A stretch of 64,000 bases of DNA from Spirochaetota bacterium (GCA_050298055.1 JBNKTL010000012.1:1-64000); one strand, 5' to 3'; counted from the stretch's first letter, positions 7,947-19,095 are shown. Program-made: numbers and translations. The notes: a model not told the origin generated them from the sequence alone.

Positions 7947-10415
7947 CTATACGGCCACAATATTGACCAGTTTCCCCGGGATAACGATCACCTTCTTAAT
8001 ATCCTTCCCTTCAATCAACTGCTTTATCTTATGGTCCTCCCTGGCAAGCTTCTCCATCTCGTCCTTTGAGATATCGGAGGGGGCCATAACTTTTGACCGT
8101 ATCTTGCCGTTTACCTGGAAGACGATTTCCGTTTCACTTCTCGTTGTGAGGTCTTCCTCATAACCGGGCCAGGGATGATCGACGAGTATTTCTCCGTTGC
8201 CCAGGAGTTTCCACAGCTCTTCGGCCAGGTGAGGAACAAAGGGTGAAAGGAGGGGGATAAGTTTGTCGAATACTTCGGATATCACCGCCTTCCCGCCGGG
8301 GGTCTCAAATTTATTTTCATCCGCCTGGTAGAGGACATTGGTCAGCTCCATCATCCGGGCAATGGCGGTATTGTACTGCATCCTCTCCTCTATGTCGTGG
8401 GTGACGGACTTCACGGTCCGGTGAAGTTCCACCCTGATGCCCTTCAGTTCATCATCAATCTCCCCCTTGCGGGGGCCGGTATTTTTATCATAGAGACCGG
8501 CGTGTTTGTTCACAAACCTCCAGACCCGGTTGATAAACCTGTAGCTTCCCTCGACCCCCTTGTCCGACCAGTCCAGGTCCTTTTTTGGGGGAGAGGCAAA
8601 GAGCATAAAGAGCCTTACCGTGTCGGCCCCGTACTTGTCGATGATCAGGGCGGGATCAACGGTGTTTCCCTTGGACTTGCTCATCTTGGACCCGTCCTTG
8701 ATCACCATTCCCTGGGTGAGAAGCCGCTTAAAGGGCTCTTTGCTCTCAAGGAGTCCCATGTCGTGGAGTACCATTGAGAAGAACCGCGCGTAGAGGAGGT
8801 GAAGGACCGCGTGTTCAATCCCCCCGATATACTGGTCCACGGGCATCCAGTAGCTGACTTCGTCCTTATCAAAAATTTCTTCCGTATGGGGGGAGGTAAA
8901 TTTCGCGTAGTACCAGGAGGAGTCAACAAAGGTGTCCATTGTGTCCGTCTCCCTCCGGGCGTCTCCCCCGCAGGAGGGACATTTTGTTTTAATAAATTCC
9001 TCCATTCCCGCAAGGGGGGACCGTGAGTCTCCCTTAAAGTCAACTTCCCGGGGGAGTATAACGGGAAGGTCTTTCTCCGGGACAGGCTGTGTCCCGCACT
9101 TATCACAGTAGATCACCGGAATGGGGCAGCCCCAGTATCTCTGCCGGGATATTCCCCAGTCCCTGAGCCTGTAGTTTATCTCCCGTTTGCCGATCCCCTC
9201 TTCTTCGGCAAAATCGGCTATTTTTTCAATGGCCTCCCTGTTGGGGATACCGTCAAACTGCCCCGAGTTCACGCAGATCCCGTCGTCGGTAAAGGCATCA
9301 TCCATCTCTTCGGGGACAAGGGGTTCTTTTTTCCTGTCTATGACGATCTTTATGGGAAGTCCGTACTTTTTCGCGAAGGCAAAGTCCCGGGAGTCATGGC
9401 CCGGGACACTCATAATGGCGCCGGTCCCGTAATCCATGAGGACAAAATTCCCCACATAGAGGGGGACCTTCTCCCCGGTGAAGGGGTTGAGGACCTTTAT
9501 CCCCGTATCAAACCCCTCTTTTCCCTTCTCCTCGGAAATACGGTCCGCAAGGGACTGGGACTTGAATTCATCAATATGCTTTTTCAGTTCGGGATCGTCG
9601 ATCTTTTCCAGGAAGGGATGTTCCGGGGCAATGACCATGAAGGTGACCCCGTAGACCGTATCGGGACGGGTGGTGTAGATGGGGAAGTCTTCCCCGGTTT
9701 CAAGTTTGAAGTTTATCCTGAGCCCTGTTGACCGCCCGATCCAGTTCTTCTGCATTGTGATGACCTGTTCCGGCCACCCGTCACCCAGTTCCTCATGGCC
9801 GGTGAGAAGATCATCGGCATAACGGGTGATTTTAAAAAACCACTGTTCAAGCTCCTTCTGGGTGACCTCCGAGTCGCATCTCCAGCAGAGCCCGTTTTCC
9901 GCCTGTTCGTTTGCCAGAACAGTCTGGCAGTGGGGACACCAGTTCACCGCGGACATCTTTTTATAGACGAGGTCTTTCTCCATCATCCGGATAAAGATCC
10001 ACTGGTTCCATTTATAGTAATCGGGCGTATATGACGCGATCTCCCTGTCCCAGTCGTATGAGAAGCCCATGACCTTGAGCTGCCCCTTCATGTGGCTGAT
10101 ATTTTCCGCTGTCCACTTTGCCGGGGGGATATTGTTCTGGATGGCGGCATTTTCCGCCGGCATGCCGAATGAGTCCCATCCCATGGGATGGAAGACATTG
10201 TATCCCTTCATCCTCTTCTGCCGTGCCGCCAGGTCTCCGATGGTATAGTTTCTTACGTGTCCCATGTGAAGTTTGCCCGAAGGGTAGGGAAACATCTCCA
10301 GGAGATAGTATTTTTCTCTGCCGGGGTCGATTTTACTTTTGAAGGAACCCTTTTCTTCCCACCTCTTCTGCCATTTCTTTTCTATGTCCCGGAAATTATA
10401 GTCCCTTTCGCTCAT
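7947..10415 (-). CDS. leuS: Leucine--tRNA ligase
   Basis: MFPYPSGKLHMGH (HIGH), KMSKS, DWGISRQRYWG, C-terminal QVNGKIR. Confidence 0.98.
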   Translation of the reverse strand: MSERDYNFRDIEKKWQKRWEEKGSFKSKIDPGREKYYLLEMFPYPSGKLHMGHVRNYTIGDLAARQKRMKGYNVFHPMGWDSFGMPAENAAIQNNIPPAKWTAENISHMKGQLKVMGFSYDWDREIASYTPDYYKWNQWIFIRMMEKDLVYKKMSAVNWCPHCQTVLANEQAENGLCWRCDSEVTQKELEQWFFKITRYADDLLTGHEELGDGWPEQVITMQKNWIGRSTGLRINFKLETGEDFPIYTTRPDTVYGVTFMVIAPEHPFLEKIDDPELKKHIDEFKSQSLADRISEEKGKEGFDTGIKVLNPFTGEKVPLYVGNFVLMDYGTGAIMSVPGHDSRDFAFAKKYGLPIKIVIDRKKEPLVPEEMDDAFTDDGICVNSGQFDGIPNREAIEKIADFAEEEGIGKREINYRLRDWGISRQRYWGCPIPVIYCDKCGTQPVPEKDLPVILPREVDFKGDSRSPLAGMEEFIKTKCPSCGGDARRETDTMDTFVDSSWYYAKFTSPHTEEIFDKDEVSYWMPVDQYIGGIEHAVLHLLYARFFSMVLHDMGLLESKEPFKRLLTQGMVIKDGSKMSKSKGNTVDPALIIDKYGADTVRLFMLFASPPKKDLDWSDKGVEGSYRFINRVWRFVNKHAGLYDKNTGPRKGEIDDELKGIRVELHRTVKSVTHDIEERMQYNTAIARMMELTNVLYQADENKFETPGGKAVISEVFDKLIPLLSPFVPHLAEELWKLLGNGEILVDHPWPGYEEDLTTRSETEIVFQVNGKIRSKVMAPSDISKDEMEKLAREDHKIKQLIEGKDIKKVIVIPGKLVNIVAV

Positions 10416-10434
10416 TTATTGTCTCCGCCTTTAA

Positions 10435-10881
10435 TTACTTATTAAAAATTTTAATTATCTCGTCTGCCGACTCTGAGTTAATGATCTTCTCCTTGATCTT
10501 TTCATTCTTAAGAATAGACATGATATTTGAGAGAAGTTTCAGATATTTTTTATGCTGCTTTTCCCCCGCGGCCACCATGATTATCACGTGTACGGGTTCT
10601 TCGTCAATGGAGTTGAAATTGATCCCTTTCTTTGAAATACCTATGGCAAAGGCCATCTTTGTGACCGTGTTGATTTTTGCGTGGGGGACGGCTATCCCAA
10701 ATCCGATACCCGTACTCATGATCTCTTCCCTTTCCTTTAATGCGGCAATGAGTTCGTCTATGTTGGTGCATATGTCGGTATTTTCAAAGATACGGGCAAG
10801 TTCTTCAATTGAACGGAATTTTTCGGTTGAATCGAGGTATTTTACGAATTCTTTCCTTGTGTATTCAATTATTTCACTCAT
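10435..10881 (-). CDS. PTS EIIA (Ntr/fructose-type) domain protein
   Basis: EREEIMSTGIGFGIAVPHAK phospho-His motif. Confidence 0.9.
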   Translation of the reverse strand: MSEIIEYTRKEFVKYLDSTEKFRSIEELARIFENTDICTNIDELIAALKEREEIMSTGIGFGIAVPHAKINTVTKMAFAIGISKKGINFNSIDEEPVHVIIMVAAGEKQHKKYLKLLSNIMSILKNEKIKEKIINSESADEIIKIFNK

Positions 10882-11100
10882 TCTTCATTCCTCTGCATAC
10901 AGGCTTTTTTATTTTTTGTTCAGGGGGACTCTCTCTTTAATATGAAATTCTCCTGTTCGTTGAGATAGACTTTTTTATCTTTTTTACAGGTGTCAATGAT
11001 TAATTCGTTAAATATTTATCATTTCTCATTGACATATTTTAGTCTTCCAAAAAGTATTTAAAGAGTTATTTACGGTCCACCGAATACCAGTGAGAGAAAA

Positions 11101-13200
11101 ATGAAACAAGATACAGAGTACTCCGACACGGAGATTAAGGACATTACACCAAAGATACTCTTCTACCTTTCCCGAAAAACTGCTGACCTGGTTGAAAGGG
11201 CCAAAATGACAGAGTATACATTCATGATTGTTGCCGCGCTGATCATAGGTGTACTCGCCGGTTTAGGCGCGGTCCTCATCAGGGCGATGATCACCGAGAT
11301 ATCCTCGCTCTCCTTTCCCGGTACAGCCGATCTCCTGACAAACATAACGGGAAGTCCCTGGGCAAGAAAGCTCTTTGTACCCGCCCTGGGCGGTCTTATT
11401 GTGGGCCCCCTTATCTATTTTTTCGCCAAGGAGGCCAAGGGGCATGGTGTTCCCGAGGTCATGCAGGCCATTATTGCCCGGGGGGGAATGATACGGCCCA
11501 GAGTGGCGGTGGTCAAGGCCATAGCCTCCGCCATAACGATAGGGACAGGGGGGTCCGTGGGACGTGAAGGTCCCATCGTCCAGATCGGTTCAAGCATCGG
11601 TTCGTCAGTGGGGCAGTTTTTCAGGGTCTCCTCCCACCGTTTAAAGACATTTGTTGGCTGCGGGGCTGCTGCCGGTATTGCCGCGGCCTTTAATGCCCCT
11701 GTGGCCGGGGCCCTTTTTTCCGTTGAAATCATTTTGCAGGACTTTGCCTTTGCCCATTTCTCGCCTATTGTTGTTTCCTCGGTCATGGCAACGGTGGTGT
11801 CCCACATGTTTGAGGGTGACTTCGTGGCTTTCCGGGTACCGGTATACAAACTTACCAGTCCCTATGAACTGATATTCTATTTTATCCTGGCAGCCCTCTC
11901 CGCCCTGGTGGGCCACCTCTTTATCAGGGTGCTCTACTTTTCAGAGGACTTCTTTGACCACAGGTTAAAGTTCCCCGAATACCTCAAGCCGGTCATCGGC
12001 GGATTTATCATAGGAGGGGGGGCGCTCTTTTTCCCGGAGATGATGGGTGTGGGCTATGAGTCCATTAACAGTGCCCTGCACGGGAACACCATATGGTATA
12101 TGGCCATTGTATTCCTTTTCGTTAAGCTCCTTGCCACCTCTCTTACCCTGGGTTCAGGGGGGTCCGGAGGTATTTTTGCCCCTTCACTTTTTCTGGGGGC
12201 CATGCTGGGTGTGTTTTTCGGCGGACTGGTACACAGCTACTTCCCGGATATAAGTTCGGGTCCCGGAGCGTATGCCCTTGTGGCCATGGGGGGGTTGATA
12301 TCGGCCACCACCTATGCTCCCATTACCGCCATTGTCATTGTTTTTGAGCTTACAAACGATTACCATATTATCCTGCCCCTGATGATAACCTGTATCATAA
12401 GCACCATTATCTCCCTCAAACTCTCCCGTGAATCTATCTATACGAAAAAGCTGGTCAACAGGAACATCCTTGTGAAGAACGGTGCGGATTCAAATGTGAT
12501 GAAGTCCATTGTGGTCAAGGAAGTCTTTACCGACAGGGCTGATATAATTGGCGAGCATATGAAGTTTGATGAGGTCATCAACCATGTTGTTGCCAGCCAT
12601 GAGAAGTATTTTCCTGTTGTGAACAGGAGGGGGACCATCTCCGGAATCATCTCCATGGATGAGATCAAGGAACATCTCTACGACAGGGAGATGCTGCAGC
12701 ATCTCCTCATAGCGGAGGACATAAGCAATAAGCATTTTGAAGCAGTCTCCCTTGAAGATAACTGCCAGGAAGCCCTTGATGTCATGAGCCGGCACGATCT
12801 TGACGGCCTTCCGGTAGTGAAAACGGCAAAATCGAAAAAACTCATAGGCATGATCTGGAGGAAGGACATTGTTGACGCGTACAACAGGGAGATAGAGAAA
12901 CGGGACATTACAACATCCTTTGCCAGCCGCATTACCATGAAAAACATTGACCGCCACGTGCATTTTATGGAAGGGTATGCTATTACCGAAATTCCCGTAC
13001 CCAGGAATTTTCTGGGGAAATCCATAAAGGACCTGGAAATACGGAAGAAATACGGGGTGGATATCCTCCTGATAAGATCCAATACAGGGGTGACTTCCCA
13101 GATCAAGGCAATTCCAAACCCGGACTATGTCTTTTCCATCGATGATTCCATTGTCATCGCAGGAGAGATAGGCAAGCTGAACCTTATGAAGAGTATTTAG
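11101..13200 (+). CDS. CLC-family chloride transporter with CBS pair and TrkA-C (RCK_C) domain
   Basis: GHGVPE, GSVGREGP, GGIFAP motifs; CBS domains; C-terminal FLGKSIKDLEIRKKYGV. Confidence 0.93.
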   Translation: MKQDTEYSDTEIKDITPKILFYLSRKTADLVERAKMTEYTFMIVAALIIGVLAGLGAVLIRAMITEISSLSFPGTADLLTNITGSPWARKLFVPALGGLIVGPLIYFFAKEAKGHGVPEVMQAIIARGGMIRPRVAVVKAIASAITIGTGGSVGREGPIVQIGSSIGSSVGQFFRVSSHRLKTFVGCGAAAGIAAAFNAPVAGALFSVEIILQDFAFAHFSPIVVSSVMATVVSHMFEGDFVAFRVPVYKLTSPYELIFYFILAALSALVGHLFIRVLYFSEDFFDHRLKFPEYLKPVIGGFIIGGGALFFPEMMGVGYESINSALHGNTIWYMAIVFLFVKLLATSLTLGSGGSGGIFAPSLFLGAMLGVFFGGLVHSYFPDISSGPGAYALVAMGGLISATTYAPITAIVIVFELTNDYHIILPLMITCIISTIISLKLSRESIYTKKLVNRNILVKNGADSNVMKSIVVKEVFTDRADIIGEHMKFDEVINHVVASHEKYFPVVNRRGTISGIISMDEIKEHLYDREMLQHLLIAEDISNKHFEAVSLEDNCQEALDVMSRHDLDGLPVVKTAKSKKLIGMIWRKDIVDAYNREIEKRDITTSFASRITMKNIDRHVHFMEGYAITEIPVPRNFLGKSIKDLEIRKKYGVDILLIRSNTGVTSQIKAIPNPDYVFSIDDSIVIAGEIGKLNLMKSI

Positions 13201-15263
13201 TGAAATTTTTTACAAACATATACCAGTCCCTTTCAAAACGCTCTGTTATGCTGGTTGACCGGGCCAAGATGACGGAACATACCTTCATGATCATTGCCGC
13301 GGTGATTATCGGGCTCCTGGGCGGGTACGCGGCCGTGGGCTTCAGGTCCATGATCAATTTTATTTCAGAGACGTCCTTCGGCGGCAGCGGAACGGTCCTG
13401 GAGAGGATAACGGCCTCTCCCTGGTATATGAAGCTCCTTGTCCCCTTTATCGGGGGACTGGTTGTGGGCCCTATTATCACCTTTTTCGCCAGAGAGGCAA
13501 AGGGTCACGGTGTCCCCGAAGTGCAGGAGGCCATACTCCTGAAGGGCGGGGCCATACGGACGCGGGTCGCCTTTATCAAGGCGCTGGTTTCTTCTGTCTC
13601 CATCGGTACAGGGGGTTCCGTTGGGCGTGAGGGCCCCATTGTGGGCGTGGGCTCCACCATCGGTTCCACCCTGGGTCAGTTTTTAAGGGTTTCTCCCGAG
13701 CGGATGAAGACATTCGTGGGATGCGGGGCGGCAGCCGGTATCGCGGCGGCGTTTAACGCTCCCATCGCCGGTTCCCTCTTCGCGGTGGAGATCCTGCTGG
13801 GAGATTTTACCTTCAGGCAGTTTTCACCCATAGTGGTTTCCTCGGTACTGGCAACGGTTGTTTCACACCGGTATGAAGGCAATATCATTGCTTTCCGTGT
13901 CCCGGACTATAAGCTGACAAGTCCCGATGAACTTGCCCTCTACTTTGTCCTGGGCATACTCTGCGGCCTGGCAGCCTATATCTTTATCAGGCTCCTCTAT
14001 TTTTCCGAAGACCTCTTTGACGAAAAGATAAAGATGCCGGAATACTTAAGGCCCGGCCTGGGGGGCATTATCATAGGGATTATTGCTCTCCGGTTTCCCG
14101 AGGTCATGGGCGTGGGGTATGAGTCCATAACAGAAGCTCTGCAGGAGGACTTCATATGGCAGACCGCCATAATCCTTGCCCTGGCGAAGATAGTAGCCAC
14201 TTCCGTTACTATCGGATCGGGAGGGTCAGGTGGGATATTCGCGCCATCGCTCTTCATCGGCGCAATGCTGGGGTATGCCTTCGGCTGGCTGGCGCATACA
14301 AACTTCCCGGGATTTACCTCAACCGCGGGGGCTTATGCCCTGGTGGCAATGGGGGGACTGGTTGCGGGGACCACCCATGCTCCCATAACGGCCATCCTTA
14401 TTGTGTTCGAAATGACCAGCGATTACAGCATTATCCTCCCCCTTATGATTACCAGTATTGTCAGTACCATCGTATCGTCCAAGCTTTCACGGGAATCTAT
14501 CTATTCCCTCAAGCTGGTGCGCAGGGGGATCCAGATGAAGGAGGGGGCCGAGATTAACGTCATGAAGTCCCTCTTTGTGAAGAACATCTATACGAAAGAT
14601 TTTGATACCATACAGGAGAACAGCAGGTTTGACCAGGTGGTAAACAGGGTCATCTCAGGCAACGATCTTTACTTTCCTGTTATTAATAAGAAAGGGGCCC
14701 TCCGGGGTATAATATCCATGCATGATATCAAGGACTCTCTCTTTGACAGGGACATCTTGCAGGACCTGCTCATTGCCGGTGATATTGCCAACAGGGACGT
14801 GGAAACCGTATCCATCCACGACAACTGCCAGGCTGTTATCGATAAACTGGGCCGGCTGAACATTGAGGGTATCCCTGTAGTTGATCCCAGAAGACCGAAA
14901 CAGGTCCTGGGGATGATATGGAGAAGCGATGTCCTGGATGCCTATAACAGGGAGATCAAGAAAAGGGACATTACCTCCTCATACGCGAGCCAGATTACCA
15001 TGAAGAACATCGACAGGGAGGTCCACTTCATTGAGGGCTACTCCATGACCGAGGTCCCCGTCCCCGGACCATTTGTGGGAAAGTCTATCCGGGAGCTGAA
15101 TATCCGGGCGAAATACGGGGTGGATATCCTCCTGATCAGGACAAATACCGGGGAGGGATCGAAGATCAAGTCCATGCCCAGCGCGGATTACATATTTTCC
15201 TATGATGATTCAATTGTCATATCGGGGGAGATAGGGAAGATAAACCTGTTAAAACAGATCTGA
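13200..15263 (+). CDS. CLC-family chloride transporter with CBS pair and TrkA-C domain (tandem paralog)
   Basis: Same motifs; GTG start overlaps upstream TAG by 1 nt. Confidence 0.93.
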   Translation: MKFFTNIYQSLSKRSVMLVDRAKMTEHTFMIIAAVIIGLLGGYAAVGFRSMINFISETSFGGSGTVLERITASPWYMKLLVPFIGGLVVGPIITFFAREAKGHGVPEVQEAILLKGGAIRTRVAFIKALVSSVSIGTGGSVGREGPIVGVGSTIGSTLGQFLRVSPERMKTFVGCGAAAGIAAAFNAPIAGSLFAVEILLGDFTFRQFSPIVVSSVLATVVSHRYEGNIIAFRVPDYKLTSPDELALYFVLGILCGLAAYIFIRLLYFSEDLFDEKIKMPEYLRPGLGGIIIGIIALRFPEVMGVGYESITEALQEDFIWQTAIILALAKIVATSVTIGSGGSGGIFAPSLFIGAMLGYAFGWLAHTNFPGFTSTAGAYALVAMGGLVAGTTHAPITAILIVFEMTSDYSIILPLMITSIVSTIVSSKLSRESIYSLKLVRRGIQMKEGAEINVMKSLFVKNIYTKDFDTIQENSRFDQVVNRVISGNDLYFPVINKKGALRGIISMHDIKDSLFDRDILQDLLIAGDIANRDVETVSIHDNCQAVIDKLGRLNIEGIPVVDPRRPKQVLGMIWRSDVLDAYNREIKKRDITSSYASQITMKNIDREVHFIEGYSMTEVPVPGPFVGKSIRELNIRAKYGVDILLIRTNTGEGSKIKSMPSADYIFSYDDSIVISGEIGKINLLKQI

Positions 15264-15641
15264 TCACTGCATGTCCAGGATATACCTGATCATGTCCCTC
15301 CTGCTGATTATTCCCGCAAGACGGCCGTCTTTCAGGATCGGTATCCTTTTGTAGTTCATATCAATAAGGTACTCACAGACATCCAGGAGGTCTGTCTCCT
15401 CATCAAGGGCAACCACATCCCGGGTCATATAGTCTGCCACTATTCCCAGGTCTACTTCTCCCGTGAAGATGAGCCTGAGAAGGTCTTTCTCCGTTATCAG
15501 GCCAACCAGTTTATTGTCATCAGTGACCACGGGGAGCCCGCTTATTTTCTTTTCAACCAGTATTGCAATGGCTTCCCGCACGGGAGTGTGGTCCTTTACC
15601 GTAATAATGTCTTTTGTCATAATCGACTTTGCAACGGCCAT
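15264..15641 (-). CDS. CBS-pair domain protein
   Basis: ISGLPVV..LVGLITEKD and RIPIL..LAGIISRRD. Confidence 0.9.
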   Translation of the reverse strand: MAVAKSIMTKDIITVKDHTPVREAIAILVEKKISGLPVVTDDNKLVGLITEKDLLRLIFTGEVDLGIVADYMTRDVVALDEETDLLDVCEYLIDMNYKRIPILKDGRLAGIISRRDMIRYILDMQ

Positions 15642-15694
15642 TGAGCTGGTCCTTTTTTTTTACTCCTCAGTATATGGATGAAACATGCATATGT

Positions 15695-16387
15695 TTAATC
15701 ATTCTTAAATGATTGAATTTTTTCAATATCGTTGTATTTTCCCATAATGATCATGAGAGAATTTTTTTCTATGACATCATTACCGGACAATACAATTTTT
15801 ACGTCAGAGTTCATATCATAAAAGCTTTCCGTATTGCCGGATGCGTTATGCTTTATCCCGATAACCTGGCAGTTGAACCGTGAAGGGAGCTGAAGCTCTT
15901 TCAGGCTTTTACCGATAAAACTTGCCGGGGGAGACACTTCAACAATTCCAAAATCTTCTCCCATAGGAAGGTAATCCAGGGCGTTCCTGAGGGCCAGCCT
16001 GTTTCCAAGCCTCAGGGCTTCGTCCTTTTCGGGGAATATAATATCGGTTATTCCCAGTTTGTTTAATATTTTTACATGGTCGTCTGAAATCGCCCGGGAG
16101 ACAATCCTCTGAATTCCCAGTTCCTTCAGGTAGAGGGAAATAAGAATATTCTGCTCCATCTTCTGGCCGATGCTTACGATAGCGCCGTCGTAATCACGGG
16201 TAACGATTGATTCCAGGACTTCCCTGTTTGAAGCGTCCCCGATTATGGCATGGCTTAAAAAGTCTTTTGCCATGTCCACCGACTGCTTTGAAACATCAAT
16301 GCCAAGGACTTCACAGTTGTTTTTGATGAGGGACTTTGCCAGGTTGAAACCAAAGTTCCCCAGTCCAATGACAATATATTTTTTCAT
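15695..16387 (-). CDS. ktrA: Ktr/Trk potassium uptake regulatory RCK subunit
   Basis: VIGLGNFG Rossmann motif, RCK_C domain, adjacent to TrkH/KtrB. Confidence 0.9.
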   Translation of the reverse strand: MKKYIVIGLGNFGFNLAKSLIKNNCEVLGIDVSKQSVDMAKDFLSHAIIGDASNREVLESIVTRDYDGAIVSIGQKMEQNILISLYLKELGIQRIVSRAISDDHVKILNKLGITDIIFPEKDEALRLGNRLALRNALDYLPMGEDFGIVEVSPPASFIGKSLKELQLPSRFNCQVIGIKHNASGNTESFYDMNSDVKIVLSGNDVIEKNSLMIIMGKYNDIEKIQSFKND

Positions 16388-16423
16388 AATTTATCTCTTA
16401 CTGCTCCGCTCTCCGGTTAAACT

Positions 16424-16530
16424 CTATTCTTATGAAAATATCAATAATGTGTCCCCGCCGCCGCAGGCGGCGGGGAGATCTCAGTTCTATTTTATTGACA
16501 AGAATGTTTATTCTTATACATAGCTAAATG
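16424..16530 (-). repeat. ~130-bp dispersed MITE-like element, copy 1
   Basis: Core tccccgccgcc-gca-ggcggcgggga (16452-16476); flank aligns with 58761-58888. Confidence 0.75.
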
Positions 16531-16537
16531 ATAATAT

Positions 16538-17890
16538 TTATCCGATCATAATATGTTCTTCGGGATACCTGATTTTAATCTCTTTCTTTCCTGATGTCAA
16601 TGCTAATATCAGTGTCAGGGGGCCCAGTCTTCCCACGAACATAACAATACTTAAAATGATCTTGTCTATATCGGGAAGCTGGTCTGTTATCCCCATTGAA
16701 AGACCCACAGTCCCGAATGCCGATACTGTTTCAAAAAAAACAGATTCAAATGTATGCCCGATATCAAACTCGCGTATGGTAAGCATGATAAAGGTTGACG
16801 TTATGACGAATATCAGGGAGAGAATGATCAGGGTCGTGCTCCTGTCTATTGTTCCCCAGTCTATTGCCCGGTCCCAGATTACCACCTGCTTTCTTTCCCT
16901 GAATTTTGAATAGATAAGCAGTATCACAACACCGATTGTTGTTGTTTTTATCCCCCCTGCGATTGACCCGGGGGAGCCTCCTATGAACATCAGGCATATC
17001 ATCATAAAATAGGTGCTCTCCCTGAGGAACCTCATGTCCACGGTATTAAAACCCGCTGTTCTGCATGTAACTGACTGGAAAAAGGAATTCAATATTTTCT
17101 CCCCGGGACCCATTGTCTTTAAAATATGGTTCTGTTCAAGGAAAAAAAAGATAACTGCTCCGGAAATAATAAAGATGAACGTCAGGATAAGAACAAGTTT
17201 TGTATGTATGGAAAATGCCTTTAACGATGATTTCATTTTTTTTATCCTGATCTTGCTCAGGTCATTTAACACAACAAATCCCAGGCCGCCCAGAATAATA
17301 GCTATTGAGATTGTTGTGATTATTAAATAGTTATTATTGTAATTAATCAGACTGCTGGAAAATGTTGAGAATCCCGCGTTGCAGAATGAAGATACGGCAT
17401 GGAAGATGCTGTGACCCAGTGCAACGGGCAGGGGATAATCACGGGAGAATTGCGTAAACAGGACCACGGCAGTTATCCCTTCGATCAAAAGAGTAAAGAT
17501 AATGATTTTTTTCAGGATATTTACGTTTGAAACCCTGTTGGTATCGTTATAGAGGTCCTGCATGGCAAAACGCCATTTTATCGAAACCTTACCTCCCACC
17601 GCGGATATGACAGCAAGGGAAAAGGTCATGATCCCTATGCCCCCAAACTGGACAAGAAGGAGGATCACTGTTTTCCCAAAAAGCGTAAAATCGCTTGCCG
17701 TGTCCTTCACGATGAGACCTGTAACACATACAGCCGATGTTGAAGTGAACAGCGCGTCAATGGGACTGATTCCCACGATTGTCGAGCAGGGAAGCATCAG
17801 CAGGAGAAAGCCTGTCATGATAAGCAGGAGAAAGCTTATGAGAACTTTCTGGATGGGGGAAAAAAGATTAATAATATTCTTTTTATCCAT
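16538..17890 (-). CDS. ktrB: Ktr/TrkH potassium uptake membrane subunit
   Basis: SAVCVTGL, SFCNAGFS, CRTAGFN, SAFGTVGLS pore loops; start ATG 17890 (ORF open to 17926). Confidence 0.92.
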   Translation of the reverse strand: MDKKNIINLFSPIQKVLISFLLLIMTGFLLLMLPCSTIVGISPIDALFTSTSAVCVTGLIVKDTASDFTLFGKTVILLLVQFGGIGIMTFSLAVISAVGGKVSIKWRFAMQDLYNDTNRVSNVNILKKIIIFTLLIEGITAVVLFTQFSRDYPLPVALGHSIFHAVSSFCNAGFSTFSSSLINYNNNYLIITTISIAIILGGLGFVVLNDLSKIRIKKMKSSLKAFSIHTKLVLILTFIFIISGAVIFFFLEQNHILKTMGPGEKILNSFFQSVTCRTAGFNTVDMRFLRESTYFMMICLMFIGGSPGSIAGGIKTTTIGVVILLIYSKFRERKQVVIWDRAIDWGTIDRSTTLIILSLIFVITSTFIMLTIREFDIGHTFESVFFETVSAFGTVGLSMGITDQLPDIDKIILSIVMFVGRLGPLTLILALTSGKKEIKIRYPEEHIMIG

Positions 17891-17973
17891 AAAGAGAGTA
17901 AATAAAAAAAGGGCCGTATAAATCAATAACTTTTATTTTTTACTTCTGAAGATTCCCTCCCCGGCTTTATCTT

Positions 17974-19044
17974 TTACTTCCTGTCCCTGTCTTTATACAT
18001 CCTCTTTATTTCTTTGCTTATCTCTTTCATCTTGCCTCTCCGCTTCATGTCCTGAAGTCCCCCGGTTTTTTCTTCCAGGTACCTGACCTCCAGTATCATC
18101 TTGAGATAATTATTATAACGTTCGGGATCAAGACGTCCCTTTTCAACGGCATCACGAACGGCACAGCCCGGTTCTGACTGGTGACTGCAGTCTTTGAACC
18201 GGCAGTCAACGGATATCTTTGCGATATCAGGAAACGAGGAGGATACTGAGGTCCCGTCATCCCAGAGGGCAAGCTCTCTCATTCCCGGGGTGTCGATAAT
18301 GAGTCCGTCGGAGGGAAGTTTTACCAGTTCACGGTATGTTGTGGTATGCCGTCCCCGGGAATCTTTTTCCCTCACAGCTCCGGTTTTACCGATTTCAGTT
18401 CCCATAAGGCGGTTTAATATTGATGACTTTCCCGCACCGGAGGGCCCCAGGAGACACGCGGTCACTCCCTTCCTGATATAAGGGAAGAGCGGGTCCAATC
18501 CTTCTTCGGCAAAGGTGCTTATTGTCAACGCCGGCACATCATCTATCCTGTTTTTCACCCGGAGAACATATGAAGCGGGATCATCTGTTAAATCGCTCTT
18601 GTTCAGGAGTACCAGGGGTTTGATGATATCATCACGGACTGCTGCCAGGTAGCGTTCTATGGAGTTTATGCTAAAACGTTCATCGCAGGTCTGCACGATC
18701 ATGACAAGATCAACGTTTGCGGCCATGACCTGTTCCCGGAGAGCCTTCCCTGCTGTTTTTCTGGAGAGGAGGGTCCTCCTCTCCAGGACCTCCCTTACAA
18801 GGGCTGTTCCCGTATCAACATCCTGTTTGATGACCCAGTCACCCACAACCGGCAGGAGACTTTCATCAGCGAGAATGTGACCGGGGACCAGGCCTTCCAC
18901 TTCACCCTTTGTGGTCATAAGCCTGCAGGTTTTCCCGTGGACAAGAGTCACCCTGCCGGCATCTTCTTCTTCTATACCCGGGCCCTTTTCGATTGATGGG
19001 AAGTATTGGGACCATCCGTATGTATCAAGGGATATTTTTTTCAT
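17974..19044 (-). CDS. rsgA: Ribosome small subunit-dependent GTPase A
   Basis: NKSD, GPSGAGKS, GRHTTT, DTPG and CRFKDCSHQSEPGC zinc finger. Confidence 0.96.
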   Translation of the reverse strand: MKKISLDTYGWSQYFPSIEKGPGIEEEDAGRVTLVHGKTCRLMTTKGEVEGLVPGHILADESLLPVVGDWVIKQDVDTGTALVREVLERRTLLSRKTAGKALREQVMAANVDLVMIVQTCDERFSINSIERYLAAVRDDIIKPLVLLNKSDLTDDPASYVLRVKNRIDDVPALTISTFAEEGLDPLFPYIRKGVTACLLGPSGAGKSSILNRLMGTEIGKTGAVREKDSRGRHTTTYRELVKLPSDGLIIDTPGMRELALWDDGTSVSSSFPDIAKISVDCRFKDCSHQSEPGCAVRDAVEKGRLDPERYNNYLKMILEVRYLEEKTGGLQDMKRRGKMKEISKEIKRMYKDRDRK

Positions 19045-19095
19045 ATTTGGATCGTTTTTTTAATATGTAATACAAATTTTTCCTAAAGTTAAGAA

